A DNA stretch of 64,000 nucleotides from the NCBI GenBank assembly GCA_963700145.1, contig OY969474.1:4544001-4608000 (forward strand). Direction: 5' to 3'. The stretch is from an uncultured Acidobacteriota bacterium (GTDB taxonomy: Bacteria > Acidobacteriota > Thermoanaerobaculia > Multivoradales > UBA5704). Each line of letters begins with the position of its first letter. Position 1 is the stretch's first letter. Made by a program: the position numbers and the translations under genes. Shown piece after piece: positions 10,319 through 19,077 of this stretch. A model generated the notes under the pieces. The model saw only the letters and a list, made by a program, of their open reading frames with translations, did no database searches and had not been told where the DNA came from.

Positions 10319-13300
10319 TTACTGAACGATGACCTTCTTGCCCGCGCCGATCAGCCGGGCACATTCCTCGCGGACTCCGTCGAGCGCCGCGTCGAGCTGC
10401 TCCTCCGTCTCCACACCACCGGCGAAGTAGCTCCCGAGGTTCACGGCGACGACCCGCTCGCCGTCGAGGAGCTTGCGAATCTCGGCCACAGCACTGCGTA
10501 GGCGGCCGTCGCAGGCGTCTCGATCGGCACGGAGCTGGGGAATCGGCGTGCGCCCCTCGTCCCGGTGCGTTGCCCGCTGAAACGGCCCGGCGAGTCGCTG
10601 CTGCTCGGGTTCGGCGATCTCGTCCCAGCCAGGTGTCTTGACGAGGGATTCGTAGGCCTGGGAGTAGTCGGCGATCCGGGACGCGAGCGCTCGCGCGAAG
10701 CGGGCCTCGTATTCCGACTCGATCGCCTTGGTGTGCTGCTCGATCGCCACCAGATCGCGGAAGAAGGTCTCCCGCAGCAGAAGCTCTTCCAGCTCGTGAG
10801 CTCGGGTTCGGAGGTCCTCGCCGATGTCGGGCTCCTGGCGAAGAAATCCCCAGAGCGCGGCCTGGGCGTGGCGCGCGCGCTCGAGATCGTGAAGTCTGGG
10901 CTCGGTCAGGGCGGCTTCGAGCTCGAGGGAGCGCTTGATCGCGTCCTTGATCGTGCGATGGCTCGCATTGAAAGTGGCGATCGCAGCATCCTCCGTTCCC
11001 CGGAGGATGGCCTTCATCTGCCCCAGCGCTCCTTCCAGGAGGCTCCCGCCGGGCAGACGATGGGCGGTGAGAAGAGAAGAGGCCGAAGCCACGGTGTCCT
11101 CGTTACGGGCGATCTCGCGCCGGAGCTCGGCCGCCACCGCTCCCGCGTTCAGTTCGCGCACTTCGCTGCCAAACGTCTCCCGGAACGCCTCGGCGGCGCG
11201 GATGAGCTCCTCGAACTCGATCCCCTTCTTCGGGCGGAAGGAGGCTTGGCGGAAGAGGTTGTTGTTCGAGAAGGTCTCTCGCGCTTCGACCCCGGTCGTC
11301 GAGTCCAGAATCTGGCCCTTGCTCGTCGCCTCGATCTTCCCAGCACGCAGCAGTGACAACACCAGCAGCCGGACGATCTCGAAGTCCCAGCCGAAGGGCT
11401 CCTTCGCGAGCTCATCGGTCAGATAGCGCCCGCTCGCGGTGTCGCCGTAGTTGGCGCGTTCCTCGATCCGGTCGAGAATCTCCTTGAGCGGTCCGCTCTC
11501 GACGCGGAACACGGTTTTCCCCTTCTCGTCGCGCAGCAGGCCGAGGCTGGCGAACACGGGGGGGAGCCCTTGCAGGTTGTCGGCGGAAAAGAGGGCGTCG
11601 GCGCCCTTGCGGACCTCCGTTGCCTTTGCTGCGGCCTCCTTGAAGCGGTCGAAGACCTCGGGCAGCACCTGCCCGAGCACCTCGGTTGCGGTCTTGCCGA
11701 CGTCGACCGCCCGGTCGCCTGGGCTTCGGTCGTTGCCCCGGAAGTAGATGCGGCCGGCGAGGCAGGCACCGCGAACGAGCCGGCGCAGCTCATCGGTGTG
11801 GCGCCGCAGCCGAAGGCGCTCCTCGGCGAGGAGCGCCGGCGTGTCCTCGCCTTTCGTCTCGCGCTCCTTGCGGGCCAGCATCTCCTTGGAGCGAAACAGC
11901 TGAACGGTCTCACGGTCGATGGCGTCCGTCAGTCCGACCGCCCAGAAGACGCTCTTGCGCTCCTGCTGGCTCCTCACCCTAAGCTCGGCGGCCAGACTTT
12001 CAAACGCCTTCCCGTCTTCAGCGAGATAAAGCTGGAAGACGAGGTCGCCGGCGGTGAGCTCCCGTCCTTGGATCGACAGGCCTGCCTTGAAAGTCTTGGT
12101 GTCGTGGAGGGTGAACGAAGGCTGTGGCTGCCAGAATCCCGCGAGCAGCTCGGCATAGATGCGGTGAGCGTCGCCCGGCTTCGGGTTGATGCCGTTGCGC
12201 AGGCGCTCCCAGTCGTCCTCGGCCGGCGTGGGGATTCGGTAACCGTCGTCCCCGCGGCGCACCTGGTGCGCGGCCTCGAGCTGCCGCAACGCCTCCTTGA
12301 CCGATGCGAGCTGCCCATCGGCGTCGACGCTCGGATGAAGCGCCGCGGCGATGTTCTCGGCGCTGCGGTGCACGCTCTTGACGTACTGGAGGAGACAGAT
12401 GACCTTGGCGACGGGCTGCGCGAGCGGGTGATCGACCTTGCGCGCGATCTCGGCGATCTTGGCCCTCACCTCCGATCCGATGTTCCCTTCGACCAGGTCG
12501 TAGACATGGTCCAGGCGCACGAGGGCGCCAATGGGTTGATCGGCGAGGTTGACCGCCGGGTTGATCAGCAGCTGCTGCGCGAGCTTGATGATGGTGCGGT
12601 TCGCGCCCCCGACGTGCTTGCTCGCGCCGCCTTGGGTGCGCAGGCCCGAGACGACCTGGATGATGAGGTCGATCTGGTAGGGCAGGAGCGGGTAGAGGTC
12701 GACGAAGGCATCCCGGGTGAGCTCGGGCAGCTTGATGTCTGCGGTCAGCCGGATGTTCTCGGTCAGCCGACCACGATGCTCCTCGAAAAGCTGGCCGAGG
12801 GCCGTCTGTGCCGCCGCGTTCTTGGACAGGACTCGGCGGCTCGTGACCTCCGAGATGTCCGACGGCTCGAGGTGGACCTGAAGGGGAAAGCGATCCATCA
12901 AGCGGGCCAGCTCGATCTTCTTGTCGTCGAGGCCGCTGACCAGCTCGCCCAGCTTTTCCTGGGAGGTCACGACGACCCAGTGCTTACCCCGGCCCTTGAC
13001 GCCGAGGCTCTGAACGATCGCCTGCAGGTCGAGCATCTTCTGGACGTCGCGGGCGACGAACTGGCCGACTTCGTCGACGACGAACATCAGCGCGCGCCCG
13101 GGCTTGCGACGCTTCATCAGCTCGCCGGCGCGCTCGGCGAGCTTGCCGGGAGAGATGTCGGCCTTGTTCTTGACCGCCTTCACCCAGGAGTCGGCCGCGG
13201 GATAGGTCTCGGGGTCGAGGCTGTGCAGAACCCGGCTGGCCTCGCTGAGCGCGAAGGCCACCTTGCCCTTCTCCGCGTTCCACTCCTTGCCGAACAGGCG

Positions 13301-13861
13301 CCTGTACTCCCCCTCGAATTGCTCCAGCTGACCTTTCTCCTCCAGCCCGATCTCCAACTCCGAAAGATCCAGGTCCTTCGCGTAGCCGAGGCTCTGGAGG
13401 AAGAGCCCGTACATGATCTCGGTGAGGGTTTGGTTGCCGCTGCGAATGCCGCGATCCGTCGAGACGTCGAAGATGACGGCGTGGGTGGGGATGCGTTCAT
13501 TGATGCCGCGGAGGAGCACGGCGAGCTTGTTGTCGACGGTGCGCTCGGCGAACCGCACGCCCGCGGGCGAACCGGCAATCGCCCGATTCGCGATCGCCAG
13601 GCCGAGCATCTTGGCGAAGCTGGACTTGCCCGACCCGAAGAACCCCGAGACCCAGACCGCGATCCCTTCGTGGGGCTTGTTGGGAGTCTCCAGGTAAGCG
13701 TCGAAGATGCCGGTGTAGTGACTCCGAATCGCGTCGGTGACGACGTACTCGCTGATCTCCTCCCGGATGATCTCTTCGTCGGTCTGATCGACCTTGATGA
13801 CTTCTTCGATCCGACGGTGGATGTCGTTCGCGAAGAGGCTCTTGATCGAGGTGGGCGTCAT
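10319..13861 (-). CDS. brxC: BREX P-loop ATPase BrxC
   Basis: 1180 aa; IHRRIEEVIKV, WVSGFFGSGKS (Walker A), FVVDEVGQ (Walker B), VTSQEKL, YPLLPYQ. Confidence 0.95.
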   Translation of the reverse strand: MTPTSIKSLFANDIHRRIEEVIKVDQTDEEIIREEISEYVVTDAIRSHYTGIFDAYLETPNKPHEGIAVWVSGFFGSGKSSFAKMLGLAIANRAIAGSPAGVRFAERTVDNKLAVLLRGINERIPTHAVIFDVSTDRGIRSGNQTLTEIMYGLFLQSLGYAKDLDLSELEIGLEEKGQLEQFEGEYRRLFGKEWNAEKGKVAFALSEASRVLHSLDPETYPAADSWVKAVKNKADISPGKLAERAGELMKRRKPGRALMFVVDEVGQFVARDVQKMLDLQAIVQSLGVKGRGKHWVVVTSQEKLGELVSGLDDKKIELARLMDRFPLQVHLEPSDISEVTSRRVLSKNAAAQTALGQLFEEHRGRLTENIRLTADIKLPELTRDAFVDLYPLLPYQIDLIIQVVSGLRTQGGASKHVGGANRTIIKLAQQLLINPAVNLADQPIGALVRLDHVYDLVEGNIGSEVRAKIAEIARKVDHPLAQPVAKVICLLQYVKSVHRSAENIAAALHPSVDADGQLASVKEALRQLEAAHQVRRGDDGYRIPTPAEDDWERLRNGINPKPGDAHRIYAELLAGFWQPQPSFTLHDTKTFKAGLSIQGRELTAGDLVFQLYLAEDGKAFESLAAELRVRSQQERKSVFWAVGLTDAIDRETVQLFRSKEMLARKERETKGEDTPALLAEERLRLRRHTDELRRLVRGACLAGRIYFRGNDRSPGDRAVDVGKTATEVLGQVLPEVFDRFKEAAAKATEVRKGADALFSADNLQGLPPVFASLGLLRDEKGKTVFRVESGPLKEILDRIEERANYGDTASGRYLTDELAKEPFGWDFEIVRLLVLSLLRAGKIEATSKGQILDSTTGVEARETFSNNNLFRQASFRPKKGIEFEELIRAAEAFRETFGSEVRELNAGAVAAELRREIARNEDTVASASSLLTAHRLPGGSLLEGALGQMKAILRGTEDAAIATFNASHRTIKDAIKRSLELEAALTEPRLHDLERARHAQAALWGFLRQEPDIGEDLRTRAHELEELLLRETFFRDLVAIEQHTKAIESEYEARFARALASRIADYSQAYESLVKTPGWDEIAEPEQQRLAGPFQRATHRDEGRTPIPQLRADRDACDGRLRSAVAEIRKLLDGERVVAVNLGSYFAGGVETEEQLDAALDGVREECARLIGAGKKVIVQ

Positions 13862-13876
13862 CGGTGGCTTCCCTGG

Positions 13877-14452
13877 TCAGAAGATCTTCGGCCGATAGTT
13901 GTGTTCAGCGTCGAGCACGCCCATGAAGCGGAGACCTGCCGCGCCATCGAGGTCTCCGGGATAGAAGAGGACAGTTGGCACGTGGACTTGGCCCTTGAGC
14001 TGCTCGAGCAGAGAAAATGTGCGGTAGACGGGGAAGAGGGCACCTGTCCGAAGGATGAACACCAGGTCTCGTCGCGGATCGGGGTCCGCGGGCATTCGAG
14101 CAACGACGAGATCCACGAGCGGGGAGTACTCGGACAGCACGGAGTGGATGGTCTCGACGATGGTGTCGACGCCCTGCTCGCGTTCGGCCGCGAACCATTC
14201 CTCGAGCGGTCGCTGCGACCGCATGGCCTCGTCGAGGCATTCGGCAAGGGAGATCCTGTGGACTCGCTTGCCCTTCTGCGAGAGGCGCGTCTCCAGTAGC
14301 GTGACTTGCTGCCGCAGCGCGAACTCCTCCTCCGGGTCGTAGCGGAAGAGTGCGTACGGCATGTCGTGGTAAGCGCTGATCCGCTGGGCCGGATCCACGA
14401 GCTCGAGGATCGGCTCGAGGTCCTGTTTGAGGCGCCGCTCGAAGTCGCTCAT
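13877..14452 (-). CDS. brxB: BREX protein BrxB
   Basis: Start MSDFERRL coupled to the brxA stop; GALFPVYR...TVLFYPG...LRFMG...NYRPKIF, typical of BrxB/DUF1788-like proteins. Confidence 0.88.
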   Translation of the reverse strand: MSDFERRLKQDLEPILELVDPAQRISAYHDMPYALFRYDPEEEFALRQQVTLLETRLSQKGKRVHRISLAECLDEAMRSQRPLEEWFAAEREQGVDTIVETIHSVLSEYSPLVDLVVARMPADPDPRRDLVFILRTGALFPVYRTFSLLEQLKGQVHVPTVLFYPGDLDGAAGLRFMGVLDAEHNYRPKIF

Positions 14453-15234
14453 GCCACCATCCTCTCGGCGAACTCGCGCGCGCTCGCGCACGGCAACGAG
14501 ATCTGCACCAGACTGCCGGCAGCCTGGTAGTCGACCTTTCGGAACTGGTGCAGCCGGAGGAGCTCGCGTTCGACCTCGCTCGGCCTCATCAGGTAGAGGC
14601 GCCAGTCCGGAGACGCGATCAACTTTGCGGGCCCTCCCTGCTCGTCGCGGATCGCATGGAGGAGATACAGAAAGCTGCGCTCCGGCAGATGGTAGGAAGC
14701 GAGCTCCTTGCTGACCGCACCCCGGAGCAGGCCGAAGTCTGCGGCGATCTTGAGCAAGCCAGCAGCGACGCGCTCGGTGGTTTGCACCGACCAAGCGTGC
14801 TCGGTCGTGCCGCCGCGCTTTTCGACGCCCCGGAGGTACGGCACGACGTCTTGGGTGCGGATCCGAAAGGCCCCGGCATCGAACGCCTCGAAGAGCCACC
14901 CGGTGATGAAGTCCCGAACGAGGAACTCGTCGCGAGTCATGTGCCAGAGCAGGAGCGGCTTCCACTCTTCGACGGGCACGCCGTTCTGCGCCAGGGTCAC
15001 CAGCGACCGGTCGCGCGAATCGGGATCGAACCGCCGATTCAGTACCTTCGCGACATCGCGCAGCCAGGTCGCGCTCCGAGCACCGATGAAGTTCTCGACG
15101 CGCAGCCGCTCGAGGTTCTCCCGTTTCGAGCGCGTCAAGTCCCAAGCCGCGAAGGTGGCATACGTCTCTTCGACCATCGCGCCCTTGACGACGGTGAACG
15201 ACGAGACCACGTTGGAGCGGGACGCTCGCCTCAC
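14449..15234 (-). CDS. brxA: BREX protein BrxA (DUF1819-like)
   Basis: 261 aa; LLLWHMTRDEFLVRDF, WSVQTTERVAAGLLKIAADFGLL; position immediately before brxB. Confidence 0.85.
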   Translation of the reverse strand: MRRASRSNVVSSFTVVKGAMVEETYATFAAWDLTRSKRENLERLRVENFIGARSATWLRDVAKVLNRRFDPDSRDRSLVTLAQNGVPVEEWKPLLLWHMTRDEFLVRDFITGWLFEAFDAGAFRIRTQDVVPYLRGVEKRGGTTEHAWSVQTTERVAAGLLKIAADFGLLRGAVSKELASYHLPERSFLYLLHAIRDEQGGPAKLIASPDWRLYLMRPSEVERELLRLHQFRKVDYQAAGSLVQISLPCASAREFAERMVA

Positions 15235-15803
15235 GAGTCGATCCTCATGAAGGGCACGACGGGGGCGCCTGCCTCACCGAGCGTGAAGCCCAGAGCCAGT
15301 AGTGCGATGTCTTCGTCAGAGCCCGAGTAGATGCCGGGAATTGCGACGGCGCGTCCTTCCGCCGATCGCCGCAGGCGGGCAGCCGCTTCGAGCTCGGCGC
15401 TCTTGACCAGCCCCAGCGCTCCGAGTTCGTTTCGCAGGTGCTCCCAGCGCAATCGCTCCACGGCGAGGAAGAACGGCTCCCACTCGGGCGCCGCGTCCAG
15501 CCAGACTTCGAATCGAGCGTCGAGCATCTCCTCCAACGCGGCTGGCAAGCCCCAGAGCGTTACGGCCCCAGGCGGCGCGTACACCTCACAGCACCGGTGG
15601 GCCGCCACCGCGAAGACGGAACGAGCTTGAGCGAAGCGGTGAGTGCGCGGTAGGCCGCGGCGGAGGGCCTTCGCTCCGAGAGGCCCGAGCTGGCCCCGGG
15701 TGTTCCACCACCTCGCGAAGTCCATCTCGCCGGCGCGCGCGATCGCGACCCGGAGCTTGAAGAGGCGCTCCACGTCCACGATCGAAGCGACCAGCGAGCT
15801 CAT
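15231..15803 (-). CDS. brxE: BrxE-family protein
   Basis: LRVAIARAGEMDFARWWNTRG...LPRTHRFAQARSVFAVAAHRC...TLWGLP resembles the BrxE family; stop overlaps the brxA start. Confidence 0.8.
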   Translation of the reverse strand: MSSLVASIVDVERLFKLRVAIARAGEMDFARWWNTRGQLGPLGAKALRRGLPRTHRFAQARSVFAVAAHRCCEVYAPPGAVTLWGLPAALEEMLDARFEVWLDAAPEWEPFFLAVERLRWEHLRNELGALGLVKSAELEAAARLRRSAEGRAVAIPGIYSGSDEDIALLALGFTLGEAGAPVVPFMRIDS

Positions 15804-16015
15804 CGGCGGGCCTTCTCGTCGTCGGAGGGCTTTCGCGCCGCGCCCCCAGCGCGCACCCATTCGTCGACTTCGTCGGTCTTGAACTTCCAGAGCCGGCCGA
15901 CCCGATGGCCCGGCATACCCTTCTCCGAGACCCAGGAGTAGACGGTGTCGCGGCTCACTCCGAGGTAGTCCGCGATCTCTTCCACGGACAGCCAGCGATC
16001 GGAGACGTTGGGCAT
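15800..16015 (-). CDS. Excisionase-like helix-turn-helix DNA-binding protein (HTH_17)
   Basis: WLSVEEIADYLGVSRDTVYSWV...PGHRVGRLWKFKTDEVDEW; ATGA-coupled to brxE. Confidence 0.9.
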   Translation of the reverse strand: MPNVSDRWLSVEEIADYLGVSRDTVYSWVSEKGMPGHRVGRLWKFKTDEVDEWVRAGGAARKPSDDEKARR

Positions 16016-16165
16016 TGCGCGCTCCATGCGGATCGGACGCGAAAGTAAATTGCTGAACAGCTCAATCATAGTCGAGCTGAGCCGATCAAGCCGGATCTCT
16101 CCGGTTCTTTTCGGGATGGTGTGGCAGGATGGCGGAGGTCCGAGGCCAAGCCCCGGCGTCCCCGA

Positions 16166-17275
16166 CTACATCAGCGCTCGGAGGCGCTCGGCCAGTTGCT
16201 CGGCGTCGCGAGGTCGAAGGGTCGAGTCAGGCGCAAACGCCGTCTTGAAGTACCTCGTCAGGCCCGAGGAGCAGGTCGGAAGTCGCTCAGTGAGAGGGAT
16301 CGCGCGGGACTCGACGATCCTCGCTGCAAGCTCTTCTGGGCTGCCGCCCTCGAACGGGCGGCGTCCGGTCAGGACTTCATAGAAGACCACGCTGAGCGCC
16401 CAGAGATCGAAAGAGGGATGAGCACGCTGGTGGCCGTGCGCCTCGGGCGAGAGGTAGGCGGGTGTGCCCACGACCACGTGCCCGGAGATGCCCGACATCG
16501 TTGCCTCGCGTTCCAGCCGCGCCAAGCCGAAGTCGAGGAGCTTCAGGTCGCCGGCGCTATTCAAGGCGATGTTGCGCGGTTTGATGTCGCGGTGGACGAC
16601 GCCGGCCTTGTGGAGGCAGCCGACGACCTCGGTGACCTGGAGCATCACCTCGATCGCCTCGTCGAGCGGCATCGGGATGCGCTCGGCCAGCGTGCCCCCG
16701 TCGACGAACTCCATGATGATCATCGGCGTGCCGCGATAGACCTTGAAGCCGAAGACCGTTGCGAGATTCCGGTGCGAGACTGCGGCGAGGGTCTGGGCTT
16801 CGCGCCGCAGGCGGGCGATGTCGTTCGGCGAGCACACGGTCGGCAGCGTCTTGACCGCAACGCGGCGGCCAAGCGAGAGATCGAGCGCCTCATAGACGAC
16901 GCCGGATCCGCCTTTGCCGATCCGCCGCTCGAACTGGAGCCGACCGGGGATGGCTTTCGGGACGAGGCTCGGCGTCAGCGCGGCGCCGCAGCGGCTACAG
17001 AAGTGGTGCTCGGCCGAGTAGACCCAGCCGCCGCACCCGCACTCGTTGCCGACCGGCACTTGGTCGAAGCTGTCCGGCAAGTCCGGCGTGACGCGATACT
17101 CGGCGCGCTCCTCGGCGATCTCCGAGTGGACGGCCTCAGCCATGCGAACCAGAGCTTCCGCGACTCGCTCGCGGTCGATGCCGTCACCGAGACACCTGTC
17201 CACGGCCCGCCGCAGGTAGCGATTCGCCGCGACGGAGCCTGCCTGCTCTGCTTTCGTGTCTTCGGTGGACTCCAT
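16166..17275 (-). CDS. Soluble Hanks-type Ser/Thr protein kinase with N-terminal Zn-ribbon
   Basis: CGCG...FCSRCG ribbon; GKGGSG, VAVK, HRDIKPRN, DFG, GTPAYLSPE. Confidence 0.92.
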   Translation of the reverse strand: MESTEDTKAEQAGSVAANRYLRRAVDRCLGDGIDRERVAEALVRMAEAVHSEIAEERAEYRVTPDLPDSFDQVPVGNECGCGGWVYSAEHHFCSRCGAALTPSLVPKAIPGRLQFERRIGKGGSGVVYEALDLSLGRRVAVKTLPTVCSPNDIARLRREAQTLAAVSHRNLATVFGFKVYRGTPMIIMEFVDGGTLAERIPMPLDEAIEVMLQVTEVVGCLHKAGVVHRDIKPRNIALNSAGDLKLLDFGLARLEREATMSGISGHVVVGTPAYLSPEAHGHQRAHPSFDLWALSVVFYEVLTGRRPFEGGSPEELAARIVESRAIPLTERLPTCSSGLTRYFKTAFAPDSTLRPRDAEQLAERLRALM

Positions 17276-17281
17276 CCCTCG

Positions 17282-17319
17282 CTCTGAACTTGAACTCTGA
17301 ACAAAAGTCCCCGTATGCT
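17282..17319 (+). promoter_or_regulatory. Putative sigma70-type promoter with TGAAC direct repeats in the divergent intergenic region
   Basis: TTGAAC (17290-95), 18-nt spacer, TATGCT (17314-19); three TGAAC copies within 17285-17302. Confidence 0.4.
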
Positions 17320-17356
17320 AAGAGTCTTGGGGGGAGTTGTCCACACCCTGACTGTC

Positions 17357-17947
17357 ATGAAGACCACACATTCTGACCCCCTGGCCCTGGAGGAGATCGC
17401 CGCCGTGCTGCGCGCTGCGCGCGAGGGTCGCCACGGCGTGCGCGACCACGCGATGCTCCTGACCCTCTATCACCACGGTCTGCGCGTAAGCGAGCTCTGC
17501 CGGCTGACTCTTCCCGACCTCGACCTCGGGAGTCGGAGGCTGTGGGTGGAGCGACTCAACCGAGGCCGCTCGGGCGTGCATCCGATACCCGACGACGAGG
17601 CGCGGGCGCTCGCCGCTTACCTCGCCGAGCGTGAGGACCAAGGCACGTTGAATCTCTCGGCGCTGTTCCTCAACGAGCGTCGGGCAACGCTCAGCCGCAA
17701 CGCGGTGTACTACCTGGTGCGTCGTGCCGGCGAGGCCGCCGGGCTCGAGCGCCCGTTGTTTCCACACCTTCTACGCCGCTCGACCGGCTCGAAGCTCGTC
17801 GGCGAGGGGCATGACGTTCGACTCGTTCAGGACTATCTCGGCTTGCGTTCCGCTCGCAGCGTGCTCCGGTTCATCGGCGAGGCACCGCCGGACAACCCGA
17901 ACGGCGAGCGGTTCACGGCACTTTGGGGGGAGGCAGGAGGAGGATGA
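17357..17947 (+). CDS. FimB/FimE-like tyrosine recombinase catalytic-domain protein with degenerate active site
   Basis: RDHAMLLTLYHHGLRVSEL, HLLRR, QDYLGLRSARSVLRF (FimB-type QDYLGHRNIRHTVxY with H->L and Y->F). Confidence 0.85.
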   Translation: MKTTHSDPLALEEIAAVLRAAREGRHGVRDHAMLLTLYHHGLRVSELCRLTLPDLDLGSRRLWVERLNRGRSGVHPIPDDEARALAAYLAEREDQGTLNLSALFLNERRATLSRNAVYYLVRRAGEAAGLERPLFPHLLRRSTGSKLVGEGHDVRLVQDYLGLRSARSVLRFIGEAPPDNPNGERFTALWGEAGGG

Positions 17948-18609
17948 CGGATCGACCACTGAATCCGCTGAAACTCGCCGCGACGCTGCACTGGAATCCA
18001 GAGGACCGGGTGACGCCGCGGGACCTGGACTCGAAGCGCGTGCTCGACCACTGGCTCCAGCAGATCGAGCACTTCGACCCGATCTTCGCTCCCGAGTACG
18101 TCGAGGCACCGGCGCTGCTCTCGGAGCTGTTCATCGAGGAGACGGGCCACGCCGGCCGCATGGAGCGCGTCGACGAGGACAATCGGTTCCATCACTGGGG
18201 GCTCTGTCAGCACTTGCTGGCCGAATCCCAGCGCTCGGCTGCTTCCAGCGCCGTCCTGTCGCGCGACCTGAGCGAGCTGGCGGTCGCCGTTGCAATGCGC
18301 CTCGATCCCGGGCACTATCACCTGAGCTGGACCGAGGATCTTCGCGCCAAGGCGTGGTGCGTTCACGCGGGAGCGTGGCGCCGCCTGAACCGGCTCGAGG
18401 ACGCCGCGGTCGCCATGGGCGAGGCCCAGAAGCACGCCCGGGCGGGGACCTCGAGCGCCGAGCTCGCGGCACGGATCGAGAAGACCGAGATGAGCTTGAA
18501 CTGGCGGGTCGACAGCAAGAGGTGGAATGGAAGCGCGTGCGCTTCGATGGGCGCGACCTTGCCGGTCGTCGTTGCCGACGATCCTTCCTCGCACTCCAGG
18601 GTCTCTTGA
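17944..18609 (+). CDS. Hypothetical alpha-helical (TPR-like) protein
   Basis: ATGA-coupled to upstream gene; WGLCQHLLAES...LAVAVA..L...DLRAKAW...RR...A helical-repeat pattern. Confidence 0.6.
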   Translation: MTDRPLNPLKLAATLHWNPEDRVTPRDLDSKRVLDHWLQQIEHFDPIFAPEYVEAPALLSELFIEETGHAGRMERVDEDNRFHHWGLCQHLLAESQRSAASSAVLSRDLSELAVAVAMRLDPGHYHLSWTEDLRAKAWCVHAGAWRRLNRLEDAAVAMGEAQKHARAGTSSAELAARIEKTEMSLNWRVDSKRWNGSACASMGATLPVVVADDPSSHSRVS

Positions 18610-18614
18610 CGGAG

Positions 18615-19019
18615 ATGGCGCGTCCGCGGTCGAACGAGCGCCCGAAGGCACGGGCCAAGGCGATGCCGGAGAAGCCGCTCTCCCCAGCGGAGTGGCGCAT
18701 CATGCAGTCGTGCTGGAAGCTCGGCCGCACGACGATCCGCGACATCCTGCTCGACATCGCCGACCGGCCGCCGGCCATGTCGTACAGCATGATCCACATG
18801 CTCCTCACACGAATCGTCGAGAAGGGCTACCTCGCGCTCGAGCAGGATCGCGGCAACAACTACTACGCCGCGGCCGTCGAGCGCGACAGCATCGTCCGCC
18901 TCGCGGCCGAGGACTTCATCGACAACACCCTCGCCGGCGAAGCCAAGAACCTCGAGATCCTCAACGAGGTTCTCGCCGAGCGCAAGGCGGCTCGCCCGCG
19001 CGGGCGCAAGGCAACCTAG
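18615..19019 (+). CDS. BlaI/MecI/CopY-family transcriptional repressor
   Basis: LSPAEWRIMQSCWKLG.TTIRDI...SYSMIHMLLTRIVEKGYL...YYAAAVER...FID. Confidence 0.9.
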   Translation: MARPRSNERPKARAKAMPEKPLSPAEWRIMQSCWKLGRTTIRDILLDIADRPPAMSYSMIHMLLTRIVEKGYLALEQDRGNNYYAAAVERDSIVRLAAEDFIDNTLAGEAKNLEILNEVLAERKAARPRGRKAT

Positions 19020-19057
19020 GGGGCCGTTCACTACGGTGGTTGCCTTGGTGCGCTCGA

Positions 19058-19077
19058 ATCTCTACAATTGTTGAGAT
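19058..19077. promoter_or_regulatory. Palindromic operator resembling the BlaI/CopY box
   Basis: ATCTC-T-ACAATTGT-T-GAGAT: 20-bp palindrome with one mismatched pair, containing TACAatTGTt (consensus TACAnnTGTA). Confidence 0.6.

Noticed and set aside
11570-14299. Long antisense ORFs such as the 909-aa ORF opposite brxC
   Set aside because: Typical high-GC shadow frames with no motifs
16166-17275. Calling the kinase pglW (BREX type 2)
   Set aside because: Only 369 aa with a single kinase domain and no NERD domain; remaining genes are not type 2
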